Assembly: GCA_047495785.1 (NCBI GenBank)
Contig: JBLDXI010000033.1
Coordinates: 1,674,001 to 1,738,000, forward strand
From: Lepidodermella squamata
Taxonomy: Eukaryota; Animalia; Gastrotricha
DNA: 64,000 nucleotides
Direction: 5' to 3'
Position 1 is the stretch's first letter. Each line of letters starts with the position of its first letter. The notes beneath the pieces were generated by a model that did no database searches, was not told the DNA's origin, and worked only from the letters and a program-made list of their open reading frames with translations. The translations under genes were made by a program, and so were the position numbers. Below, in pieces: positions 23,778 to 35,317 of this stretch.

Positions 23778-25375
23778 ATTCTGATTCTGATTCTGATTCT
23801 GATTCTGATTTTATTATGCATTTTGTTTCACAACAGTTAGCAATAGGTTAGTTCTCGGCGCCTCACCTTAGAGGTCGTAAAATCCACTAGTTCATCTGAC
23901 TTAGATTTAAGATATCGCAGAAACACAGTATGAGAATTATTGACAATAGTTGAGGGCAGCCGGTTCCACGCTGCGCGCACACGCCTTGTGAAGCTGAACT
24001 GAGAGCTCGGATGTTCAAATCGTTTCATGACAACAGCATGAGCTGGTGAACGGGGATTTGAAGATATTTTGAAGAATGTAGAAAAGCTAGCATCCACACA
24101 GCCTAGGTACATTTTATGGCATAGCGCAAGGTCATGTTGAAAGCGTCTGATTTCAAGAGGACACAGTCCTAGTTTTTTACATCTTTCATAATACGAGGCA
24201 CCGTCAATCGATGAATAGTAGTCACTTCTATACAAAAGACGTTTAGTGAACCGGGCTTGAACCGCCTCCAGCTTGTCAATATCTGTTAAGTAGTACGGTG
24301 AATAGACCGAAGGGCAAAAATCTAACCGTGAAAGAGTGTATGTTTTGTACGCTTTTAAGCGGAGAGATTTCGATGCGAATGATTTGCATATCACGCCGTT
24401 AATCCTTTGGCAACGTGTAGACAACGCATTACAGTGCTCAGAGAACGTAAGGTGTTTATCAACAATAATTCCGAGATCTTTAACTGAATCGACAGCGTTT
24501 AGCTCAACATCTTTCACTTTGAACTGAAAGGGAAATGTGTTCTTTCCAAGACTGAGAACAACGCATTTTTTTGGATTAACGGATAAACCATGTGAATCAA
24601 GCCAGCTGATGATTTTATCGAGATCTGATTGAAGTTCGATGCAATCGGCAAGACAGCGAATAGCATGATACAGCTTCGTATCGTCAGCAAAGAATTTCGT
24701 GATCGATGATTTGATCAACGTGTTGACATCAGTCGTGAAGATCAGGAAAAGCAACGGTCCGAGCACCGAGCCTTGGGGCACTCCGGAAGTAACGGTCGAC
24801 CACGAGGACGTGCTGTTATTCACGGCTACTCTGAAATAGCGGTCACACAAGAAAGCTCTGATCCACGCGTGCACATTGCCACAGATATTGATGTCAGAAA
24901 GCTTAGATAATAACAAAGTAATCGGAACAACATCGAAGGCTTTCGAGAGGTCAAGATATATCACTATTACGTCAATTAGTTGATCAAGGAACTCTAACCA
25001 TTCGTTGACACACGACAACAACTGTGTTTCGCAACTTCTCCGTGACAGAAATCCAAACTGATTTTCTGAGATCAGATTGTTTCTATAAAGGTACAGTAGC
25101 ACATGATCCTTTACAATCGTTTCCTGAATTTTGCAGATCACACATGTCAGACTCACAGGGCGATAATTCCCAACACACGAGGCATCGCCGTTGCGTTTAA
25201 AGATCGGCGCGACATTCGCATGCTTCCAGACCACTGGGATCTCCCCTTGAGAAAACGAAATGTTGAAAATCATTGCCAAAGGTACAGCCAAGGAGAGAGA
25301 TAGCTTCTTTATAAGTACAGCCGGTAGATTATCGGCACCACCGATGGGTTTATCTTTAATACCACAGATCACATT
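23778..25375 (-). mobile_element. 5'-truncated non-LTR retrotransposon (CR1/L2-like), uninterrupted RT ORF 25372-23837, (AATCAG)n 3' tail
   Basis: NYRPVSLT, QFGF, YLDLSKAFD, SGVPQGSVLGPLLF, FADD, KDLGI; five ATTCTG units at 23778-23807 (+ strand) just past the stop; no endonuclease domain. Confidence 0.93.
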
Positions 25376-25698
25376 ATAGTTATCTAACTGTTAAGCTGAA
25401 GGGTCAAGGGCGTCGCATTCGCCAGCATGAAACTATATGGCGAGTAAAAGAGTCCGATTCTCGTTCGAAGATTCGCTTGTCTCGAAAATCGTGTTTCTCA
25501 GAGGGAGAAGGGCTTTTATATATTATCTTGATATCTGTAATACATTTGGACTTTTCGTAGGCTTTTTACATGGTATCATTTTAACTTTATTCAATCTACT
25601 TTGAAACGACGAAATGCTTAAACTGAATCACCATCATATTTCTATCATAATCTGTTATCTGTTCTATCTGGGTTGATCATTTAATAGAATGAGTCTCA

Positions 25699-26826
25699 TC
25701 ATTCGCCAACTTTCATGGCAGCTCGGACGCATTCACTGGCAGCAGTTAATCGGAATGCTTCGTTGATGTCCTTCAACTCCATGCGGTGAGTAATGAGCTC
25801 GTCCATGGGCAGTAAACCAGCGAGGTAGTCATCCATCTCTTTTGGAAGGAAATCTCGGGGCTTCGCGCGACCCAGATAAACGCCTCGAATTTTGCGGCCA
25901 GGCATTAGGATACTGGTTGGGACGCTGAGTTCACCCATACCCGGCAAAACGCCTACAAAGATACATTCGCCATACCCGGCGTTGCTAGCATTTAAGGCAT
26001 CAAGCATTGTGCTGGCTTTACCAACACATTCGAACGCAAAGTTGCAATCCTTTCCTTTTGTAAGCTTCTTTATCTCCTCAACAGCATTGACAGCAGTTGG
26101 GTCGATGAAATCGGTCGCTCCCAATTTCCTCGCTATGTCGAATTTCGAAACTTTCGGATCCATGACGATGATTTTGCTCGCACCAGCTCGCTTGCAACCA
26201 ATGAGTACTGATAGACCAATGCAGCCGAGACCCCAAATCGCGCAGTAGTCACCCGGTTTGACTTTGGCTGCCAAGACCGCTGCTCCATAACCAGTCGTGA
26301 AGCCGCATCCAAAGACACCGGCAATGTCAAAAGGTGAATTAGGGCTCAGCTTAGCCAACTGGACTTCATTACAGACCGTATACTCGCTGAAGGTCCCGCA
26401 ACCAAATAAAGTGTTGACTGTTTGGCCTTTGCAGGTGAATCGAGAGGTGCCATCATCCAGGGAGCAATTAATCACGCTTTTCAGGCCAGATGAGCAATTG
26501 TTAGATTCTGGATGACGGCAATCATCACAGTTGTAGCATTGACTCGTAAAGCAGGGAACCACGATGTCTCCAATGGCTAGACTCGTAACCCCCTCTCCGA
26601 CGCTTTCGACTACGCCGGAGCCTTCGTGACCCAAAATTATTGGGAACTTGATAAGAAGGAATTGAACAGCTCCGCCTCTTGCAAAGAGATCAGTGTGACA
26701 AACAGATGTTGATTTGATTTGAACCCGAACTTCACCGCGTTTCGGCGGTGCAACCTCGATTGTTTCGATTGAAAGAGGCTCGTTAGCAGCCCAGGCAACT
26801 GCAGCTTTGCAAGTAATTACGGACAT
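25699..26826 (-). CDS. Zn-dependent medium-chain alcohol dehydrogenase, copy 3
   Basis: CHTD, GHEGSG, GLGCIG; 375 aa. Confidence 0.95.
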   Translation of the reverse strand: MSVITCKAAVAWAANEPLSIETIEVAPPKRGEVRVQIKSTSVCHTDLFARGGAVQFLLIKFPIILGHEGSGVVESVGEGVTSLAIGDIVVPCFTSQCYNCDDCRHPESNNCSSGLKSVINCSLDDGTSRFTCKGQTVNTLFGCGTFSEYTVCNEVQLAKLSPNSPFDIAGVFGCGFTTGYGAAVLAAKVKPGDYCAIWGLGCIGLSVLIGCKRAGASKIIVMDPKVSKFDIARKLGATDFIDPTAVNAVEEIKKLTKGKDCNFAFECVGKASTMLDALNASNAGYGECIFVGVLPGMGELSVPTSILMPGRKIRGVYLGRAKPRDFLPKEMDDYLAGLLPMDELITHRMELKDINEAFRLTAASECVRAAMKVGE

Positions 26827-27165
26827 GTCTGTAGTTTTTCAGTTCAGCTGTTAATATTTCCCAACATTTTCCCAACGCATTAAGCTTTGTGTTAGCACAA
26901 TGTGGTCACACCTCACAGACTTCGCAAGAGATAAGACCCTACCGCACAAAAACGGCGATAACCAACCATGTGACTTGGGAAACCGCTACCTCCTTAAACA
27001 CGGATAGCTGGTTGGAAGGATTAACCACATCGTTAAATAAATTTAATTAGAAATGGTAACTACGCCTTACAAATTACACATTACACACAGCAAATCAAGC
27101 CCAAAACCGAAACACTATATTATTTAGATGTTATTTGTAGCTGGAGTCATCAATGCCACGGCCCA

Positions 27166-28479
27166 TTATCCGCAATTTCCAGTAGACTTCGGCTTGTAGC
27201 CCCAATTGCAGCAGTAAATAGTGCCTGGAATAGGTGGCATATTCACGGAGTCGACAGATACCCCACCGCAATCGTGAGCGTTCAAAGGAGGCGACCCGGC
27301 AGGAACCCAGCCTGAGGTAGTGGTGCTTTGCGTAGAGCCTGCTTGCGTCGTGCTTCCCTGCTGAGTTGAGCTCTTTGTCGTAGTGCTTCCGCCTGCAGGT
27401 GTCGAGGTAGATGTCGGAGAGACACACTTACCATCACTAGGTACGAAACCCCAATTGCAGCAATAGATTGTGCCAGGGATGAGTGGCATGTTGACTTCAT
27501 CAGACGATTGGCCGTTACATGTGTAGGCATTAGCAGGAGGGCCAGCTGCTGAGTTACCGCCACCGTTCGGCGATGGAGGAGCTAGGCCTGTGTCGCATGG
27601 GACGGGCCTAACAGCCGTGATATTGCAGCTACCTGACGAGCCAGATGTTCCACATAACTGATTGAAAGCTAAGATGTCTACGTCGAAATGAGGGTGGTTG
27701 TTACTTGCACACCAGTCGCACTTGTCGACAGTTATCGAGCAGCCGTATCCGGCGCATGTGTTGTACCCGAGTTGTGGCAAAGTTCCAGCGCATGGATTGT
27801 TTGGGAACAAATTCACCGAGTCGTAGCACTGCTGTTCACCGCATTCGTGGTACATAGTTTGATTTTTAGTGTCAGTCGAACCATCGCATCGGCAATATCC
27901 AGCGCATCGATCCGTAACTGCGACCGTTACTTTGCCGCCAGCGCCTGTCAGCTCGTAGCATAGACCAGAGGCATGCGTAAGACCGAGACCCCAAAGAGGG
28001 ACGTAACTGCCACTGCTGATGTGGGCAATTTGCGAGTTCCCCATAAGCATTGGCGACGTAGCGGCGATTCCAACGCAATTCGCTCCATTTCCTGAGCTTT
28101 TGCATAAAGGGATGTTCAAAGAAGCTGACGCATTTTTGGCCATGTCATAAACGCTGCCACCCAAGGCTCCGTTGCAGCCTCCAGTGGACAATTCACAGTA
28201 GTAAGTTGCTTTCGCCATTGGTGACGTCGCCAGTCCCTTGTAAGTACCGGTATAGTTGCAACGTCCATCGACGCATTGGCCAAGACCAGGTGGGCAAGTT
28301 TCAGGATTGCAGAATACAGGTGGCAGGCAAACTTGAATCGAGCTCGTTATGTTGACGAGGCTCCCGAGCTGTTGATAACCGCATGCTTGAGCGCCGACGA
28401 TTTGCGAGACAATTCCGCCTGGCAGGTCTGTAGCCAAGGTGACCGTAACTAGAACAGAACAAAATATGACGAGAAACAT
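27166..28479 (-). CDS. Secreted expansin/GH45-like (DPBB) protein, 437 aa, with S/T linker and two Cys-rich C-terminal modules
   Basis: ATG 28479 starts signal peptide MFLVIFCSVLVTVTLA, TATATA at ~28536-28542; ATYY...GGC, GLCYELT...VTVAVTDRC, HPHFDVDILAFNQLC fit the expansin/GH45 DPBB pattern; intronless. Confidence 0.72.
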   Translation of the reverse strand: MFLVIFCSVLVTVTLATDLPGGIVSQIVGAQACGYQQLGSLVNITSSIQVCLPPVFCNPETCPPGLGQCVDGRCNYTGTYKGLATSPMAKATYYCELSTGGCNGALGGSVYDMAKNASASLNIPLCKSSGNGANCVGIAATSPMLMGNSQIAHISSGSYVPLWGLGLTHASGLCYELTGAGGKVTVAVTDRCAGYCRCDGSTDTKNQTMYHECGEQQCYDSVNLFPNNPCAGTLPQLGYNTCAGYGCSITVDKCDWCASNNHPHFDVDILAFNQLCGTSGSSGSCNITAVRPVPCDTGLAPPSPNGGGNSAAGPPANAYTCNGQSSDEVNMPLIPGTIYCCNWGFVPSDGKCVSPTSTSTPAGGSTTTKSSTQQGSTTQAGSTQSTTTSGWVPAGSPPLNAHDCGGVSVDSVNMPPIPGTIYCCNWGYKPKSTGNCG

Positions 28480-28803
28480 GTTGATTTGGTAATTATCAGG
28501 AAGAGAAACATATTTAATGGCTGGAATCGTTCGGTATATATACCCTGGAAAACAGCTGGCTAAACTTGCACCGACGTCAATTTTTTCATCGGCGTCATCC
28601 ATGAGTTTCGGAAAAACTACTGTTCTATTTACTTGCACCGAGACAACGACGTTTACCTCGTTGCGATATGCGTAAAACGGAAATCTTATGACGCAGTTTT
28701 CAGAACGTTTTATTGATGCAAAATATTTGCTTATTCAATCATGTGATAATATATCATGTCCAAGTTTGATCAGTCGCCAATTTTCGTCGTTACCAGCCGA
28801 TGT

Positions 28804-31800
28804 TTAGTGGCCGCAGAACTGTGATCCCGAAATTTCCATATACTGAAATTGGCATTTTTTACAACAAATAGCGGAGATGTGCGAAGAAACTTACGTAAAG
28901 CAAAGAACCATCAGAATCTCGTTGGCCTTGGTAACCAAATGGCTCGAATTTGATCTGCTTCGATGAATCGCAATTAAGGAAAGCGACTGTTCGTCTCGGA
29001 GTACCATCGGCGGCCGACGAGTCAGAGACTAGAGCTAAGGCTGCCTTAGGATGCCGATCATTGCTTCGTAATTCGAACCGGGTTGAATTGGCAGAGCCAA
29101 TATCCATGTTATAAGTTAGCTGCAGGGAATACTCGCATACCTAAATACACGAAGAAAGCTCGAAGCTGAATCAAATGATGTTAAGGTGGTTCGTACCGAA
29201 GCCACTCCGTTGCATAACGGATAGCGATTATCGTAGATAGGTTCAAAGAATGAGTAATCGTAGGAGAAGCGCTCTCCAGTTCCCGATATTCTTGATTTAA
29301 TATAGTGGGAATTAAAGTGAGAATCTTGAGCGCTAGAGCTTAAGTTACCTGGTGCCAACCAGAGAAGTAAGTTCGACTGTTCCTAAGCCATTAGTTGTAA
29401 CACATACGGGACTTCCTCTCTCGTAGTTTTTACAAGCTGCATTGCCTATACATTTTCTTACAGAAGACAGATGTCATTGAAAAAGTCAGCTCACTTGGAT
29501 TTCGAATAGGGCAAAAAGTAGAGCCAGTGAATTCGGCGAACTGCAAAATTTAAAAAATTCAATAACAATTTACAATAAAATATGCTGCTTTTACATAAAC
29601 TTGGTATCCATCGGCGTCTTTAAGGTAGCTGCCGCCAGTGGTGGTGAAGTTGGCAACAGCCGGTGCATCTGGCTCACATTTCAAAAAGGCCACCGTGCGA
29701 CTCTTGGTCGCGCTGTTGTCGTTGACAAGCGCTAAAGTAGGGCCGTTATTGTTCGCATCGTATCTAAGCTCGAATCGTGTGTTCTCCGGTCTCCCAATGT
29801 TCGACTCCGTATTCCAAACCGTGCTGTATCTGCAAACCTAGAGAATTCATAGAGTGATGAAAAGGGTTCGAACGAAGTTCCACAGAAAGATCTTATATCT
29901 TATCAAGATGGCCGTTCATATTACAAGAAATTGAAATTAAACTGAGGGGGAGCATTATGGGAAGCAATTTATAGGGTGGTAAAAAGGGGCTCCTTTCAAA
30001 TAGAAAAACTTCCTTTCAAATAGCGACAACTTACCGCTGCCGATTCGAAGCAGAATGAGAAGCTTGGATCCTTATTTACGCCACAAAAGGTGTAGGCATA
30101 ATTGTTATCAAAGTCATCTGATGCGACGTATCTGCAACACGACAGATTATCATAAAAATGAAACGATTTCTAAACATTTCTCACGGGTGGTAATAGGTTG
30201 TTTCGACTAGCGGCGATAGATCAACTGTCCCTGTTCCGTCCGCCAATTCGCAAATGCACCATCCGCGTAAATCAGGGTTGCATGCGGGTTTACCTTTTAA
30301 GTCATCAAACCTTAATGTACAGGCGGGATGGAATGAAGCTAGCTTTTACCGGGTAGAAGTCGAGGGCAGAAGTCAGATCCGAACATTTGGAAATACTACA
30401 AGGAAAATTGCAACCAGGCGCTGAATTAAACAATTGAACTCACGTAAATATCGTAGCCATCGAAGTCTTTTTCCTCAATGAACGATGCAGGAAAGAATAT
30501 AGGATCAGGGAGGTCGAGACATAATGTGAAGACAATCGAGCGGCGCTTGGTGACAGGGCTTTCCGTTACGATGGCCAAAGCAGGATTAGGGCTGGTGGAG
30601 GAATAAGGGCTGTGCCGTAGCTCGAACCTTGTTCGGAGAGGATCGCCAATCAGCACGCCACCAGGAGCAGCATCGAAATATTGGCAAGCTGATGACTGTT
30701 TATAGCAGTTATAGTGGGATGCGTTGTTAAGATAGTTGCAGAAGGCGTAGTCGTAATGGTAGCCGTCTTCGTAGCCATGAAGAGGCTCAATAGCGGTTTT
30801 CTGAACTAGCCTCGATAGGTCGATATTGCCCCCGCCATTTGCAAGCATGCAGGAGCAAGAGCCCTCTTTCGAGCTTTCCTCGCAAGCCGGTTTCGGATCT
30901 GAGAAATGCTTAGAGAATTAATCTAATATCATTAAAATCGAGTTGTTTACAAGGGTATTGAGGGCAAAAAGCGGATCCAGTCAAATTTGCATGCTAAAAA
31001 TAAGAATACTAAACTTTGAATCCAATTGGAAAATACAAACTTACATATAATTCTTTGCCATCAGTATCCCGAAGGCCATCGTAGTCGAAAGGTGAGAAAA
31101 CTGGCTCAGTGATACTCGAGTCGCAGGAGAGGAAAATAACCATTCTTGCTTCATATCCAAACATGGCATCAGCGACAATAGCCAAATTTTGGCTAGAGTA
31201 GAACGACGACCCGGGGTACGTTCTATATTCAAAACGCATGGTCGCCGGGTCTCCAAATGGTAGACCTCCCTGAGTTGGAGGAACAGTCTTTTGATAACGG
31301 CAGATCGCTGCATTTCCATTGCAACGAAATAGGAAGGGATCATTATTCAAGGTGCCAAAGAGCGCCAAGTCGTAAGAGTAATGGCCGGAAGGATCAGTAG
31401 CCTGATACGGTCGAGTTCGAGTAGAATTAGCGATTGATGTCAAATTCATCCACAGGTAGCTTGAGGACGGATCAGAAAGCTGGCACTCACTGTTGCCAGG
31501 TTTGTAGTCTTCATTTTGGCAGGCGGACCTTGGTGACGCTGGTCAAACTCAAAATTATAGTATTTCATGAAATTCCTTTCTATTGCTTACGTGGTTGAAT
31601 GGCACATGCATCTGCGCCTTTGATGACTAAGTACTATAAACATTACAATCTCTGTCTGTATTTGTTATTTCATCACTTAGACTGATTACTTACCTTTAGC
31701 TCATATCCATCCAAATCATAGAAATTGTTTCCTGGTTGGTAAGATTTCAATTCCAGAGTACGCTCGATACCGCAAACTAAAAACGAGATTGACCGCAAGC

Positions 31801-32986
31801 GGATATCCGTGGACTCCATGACCATCGCAGGTTGAGGTGAATTGCTCGGAAATAACCCTATAGGCGGGACGCGGGCTTCGAAACGCGTAGTTGAAGGATA
31901 TGCCTCGGCCTGATTGTATCGCATCGGAACGTACTGACAAATGGATGCTTTGTTGTAGCAGTTACGCTGGGTGATATTGCTTCTCAAAGCTGAACAGAAT
32001 GCCAAGTCGTATGATACGCCTTGAGCATCTTTGGTGCGAAGAGGTGAGTATGGGGTGGTCATTTGAAGAGCTCGATAGTCCAAGTAAGATCCGTTTTTCA
32101 TGCGACAGAAGCAATCACCAATATCGTAATCCACAGTACAAATAACGGGATCTTGGGGTACGAGTTAAAAAATCATTGATTTTAAAAATTGCACCACCAA
32201 ATACTTACCGACTTTTTGAGGGCAAAAAGCCGCGCCGTAGAAGTCCATAAACTATAAAACATGCACACCTTCAGCATGAAACGTTTTTGGAAAATAACTT
32301 ACAAATAGGTAAGCTCCATCGGTGTCTTTTTGCATGTTGTACTTGTAGGCTTGATAAGTGACCGAATCATTAGTTGGATCACAGTTGAGAAAAGCAACGC
32401 TTCTGGATATTCCGAGATTGACTATAGAATATACGCCACAAGTTGATTTCCTTGAAGTATGGTAACGCAATTCTTACAATCGGCATTTTCCGCCACAAGA
32501 GCTAGAGCAGGCTGTGGGTGGTTGTCGCCGGTCCTCATCTCGAATCGCACGCTTGAGGGCTGACCGAGATTTCTGCTGAAATTAGGCAAGTCGAACCTGC
32601 ATGCCTGTTTTTTCGCACAAAAATAAGTATGCGCTGTTGTAATTGAAGTTATTAATGCTGCTCCTCACCACTGCCTGTCGCTCGCAATCTTCCGCTCCCG
32701 TGTTATTCATAGCTTCGCAAAAAGTATAGAAGAAGCGCTCGGTGCTTAAAACGTCCGACGCGTAACTGTGATTTCAAAAATGACATTAGTCACTGGTGGT
32801 GGAAACAGGTGGTTCTTCTTACGGGTTTGTTCTGCTATGGACCCGCAAGCCAGTCAAATCTATAACCCCACTGCCATCAGCAAGGTTGCAGGTACAAGTC
32901 GTCGATGGGTACGTACAAGGGCTATTCGCGGCTATTACGACCCCGAAGCCAAGCAATGACACGAGAAGGAATGATTTCCCCAGCAT
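28804..32986 (-). CDS. Secreted protein of six tandem MRH-like domains, no TM segment, multi-exon
   Basis: Signal peptide MLGKSFLLVSLLGFGVVIA; hand-splicing gives six repeats (D1 ~32930-32210, D2 ~32150-31590, D3 ~31540-30950, D4 ~30900-30350, D5 ~30290-29495, D6 ~29445-28804), each with RFE.R, AL/M.V, R(S/T/M)..F..C, D.DG and G...C; ends SQFCGH*. Confidence 0.75.
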
Positions 32987-33559
32987 TTTGATTTTGTACT
33001 GTTCCGTGGGTAATTTTCCGACGTAATATATAGCAGTGCAAAAATGTCAAGAAACAAGAGCAAGCATAATCCCGGACTGTGGTATTGATAACTCCCGACT
33101 GACATGATGATAGCGAACTATGCTATTGTGGTACTTCAACAGCGAGATAGGCGAAAGAAACCGCGGACAAGCCTGTGACAGTGTGGGAAGATTCCACAAA
33201 TTTAGAATGTGTCCGTTCTATTCATAATAAGCCGTCTGCAGGGCGGGCATTAGATATCACAAATTTTGGCCGTCTTGCAGCATGAATAATTTTTCATTTG
33301 AAAGCTAATTTGTAGTGTAAAAGGTTACCTAATTATGCATAAGAGATAAGAGTTTTATAAGATTTTAACCATTAACAATTATCAAAACGCATATGATTGA
33401 ACTCAAAAAAACTGCTTGAGCTGATTCCTCACCGTTAGCTATGAAAGCCAAAAGTGATAATGAAGAACCTCTCGATGGCATGTGACACGTATATGTGGAC
33501 GGACACAGAACTACCCCGATTCTTTTGCTTGAAAAGAGCAAAGAAGTTCATTATCTCGT

Positions 33560-34060
33560 TCGATTTATCATTGTATTGATGCAAAGGTTGGGCTAAATTT
33601 CTGAATACATATTATTCTTGTTTTGTGGCTCAGGCAAAAAATCGGGGTCATCCTGCGTCCGTTCACATTTACGTCACATGCTCGATGGTGCCCTAAATTT
33701 TCACAAAACTTTCATTTTTGAACTTCAACCACATACTCCGTCAATTTGGATCCGCGATGACACTTGGAGGGTTCAGCTCAAGCAGTTATTTGAGCTTACC
33801 CACATTACAGGTGCATGATAGGCCTCATGATAGATCCAGGAGACTTCATGGTTGAGCAGTGGCAAGTGCTTGAAGAAAGTATGCCACTCTAAGGTATGCA
33901 TATATAGGTAGCCTTGGCCTAGTGATTTGGCGCCAGAAAATAACCAAATAATAGGATAATGTCTCATGGATAATGGCGATACACAAAAATATGGTCATCC
34001 AATAACTTCTTTTATTTCTGTTATTTTGCACATCATTCAAGAAACTAAAGTTTGACATGT
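33560..34060 (-). pseudogene. Possible degraded His-box membrane protein (sterol desaturase/fatty acid hydroxylase-like)
   Basis: Fragments in different frames: hydrophobic WMTIFLCIAII, YMHTLEWHTFFKH...YHEAYH, and HHRACDVN; no clean gene model. Confidence 0.2.
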
Positions 34061-34068
34061 AAATTGAA

Positions 34069-35179
34069 TCAATGTTTTCCACACATTTTCAAACTGTTCC
34101 AAGCGAAAAAGAATCCATCCTGTAAATTGAGTAAATAATCACGTACAAATAGGATATTCTATGAAAAAGAACCTTAGCGGCTCCGGGGAGAGATGCCCAG
34201 AATTGGCTGTGAGGGATTCGATCAGCTCCCTCTCGCTTTTTCCCGAAGGTCAGAAATACAAATCCGCCAATAAAATAAACACCAGCTACGGAGAAAAATC
34301 TGAAGGAAGATCGAAATTTTGTATTACAATCTCATCTTTTAGCGGCAAAATCAAACATAATGAGGAGAATAGAACCTCCACTCAGTCCGCCCCCACCGCT
34401 TGGACCGACCCATTCAACCGGGCAGAAGTCTTTACCGTAAAACTCCATGTACTGAAAAGGCGATTCGTTGTCAATTCGAGACCGATAGCTATAAGTGTAA
34501 ACTTACATAAAGAATGTAGCCATCTGGGTCTTTGTAGCCCTCATTGCCAAAAGAGTCGTATTTAACCTGCGTTGAAGTCGTATCGCAGTTCAAGAAAGCA
34601 ACAGATCTACGAGATTTTCCTGTATTATTTTCGCAAACTTATCAAAACGAAAGCGAAAATCAGAAAAATTCACCGTCGGCATTTTCAGAATCTGCGACCA
34701 ACGCTACTGCTGGCTGAGGATGTTTGTTGCTAGTTCGCATTTCGAATCGAATCGTTGATTGCCGGCCTAAATTTGCACTGTAAATGAAAGACCCGGAATA
34801 TTCGCACACCTATAAGGCTTGAACGATTTCAATTTTCAAATTGGTTGAAATGGTGAAAAATTACTGCAGCTGTGCCGTCACAATTAGGATAGCCAGTGTT
34901 CTGAAGGGTGCCACAGAATTGGTAGATGTATTTGTATTGATTATTTTGAGCTCGAAATCTATGGAATTTTTGTAAAAGGCCCAGAACATTGTAACAAGGA
35001 ATAACTTACGGGGTTGAAACCGTTAATTCCACCAAGCTAGTTAAGTTGATAGCTTTTGACTCGTCACTTTTCAATTGACAGATACACGTGTCTTTCTGGT
35101 CTGACACGCAAGCATTTTCGGCAGCTTTTGCTATAGGGTTCGCTATGAGAAGTAGAACTGCTAAGATTATAGGAAGCAT
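34069..35179 (-). CDS. Single-domain MRH-like type I receptor R1
   Basis: MLPIILAVLLLIANP signal; VCEYS, RFEMR, RRSVAFLNC, DPDGYILY; GGLSGGSILLI-TM; tail EGADRIPHSQFWASLPGAAKDGFFFAWNSLKMCGKH*. Confidence 0.78.
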
Positions 35180-35317
35180 TTCATAATACCTATTAAGCAA
35201 GAAAACTCATCAGATTATCATATCAAGGAAATCTTTTTAATTTTTCATTATCAATTAATTTTATTTCGCGAAGCCGTTGGAATCTCGAAGCGATGATCTT
35301 AGGAAATTTGAGGTGAT

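Noticed and set aside
2137-28479. Bacterial contamination as the explanation for intronless AK, ADH and expansin-like genes
   Set aside because: They are interleaved with intron-containing animal genes and a LINE, and AK and ADH look eukaryotic.
28480-28638. N-terminal extension in the 490-aa ORF call
   Set aside because: Non-ATG start; ATG 28479 begins a signal peptide just downstream of a TATA box.
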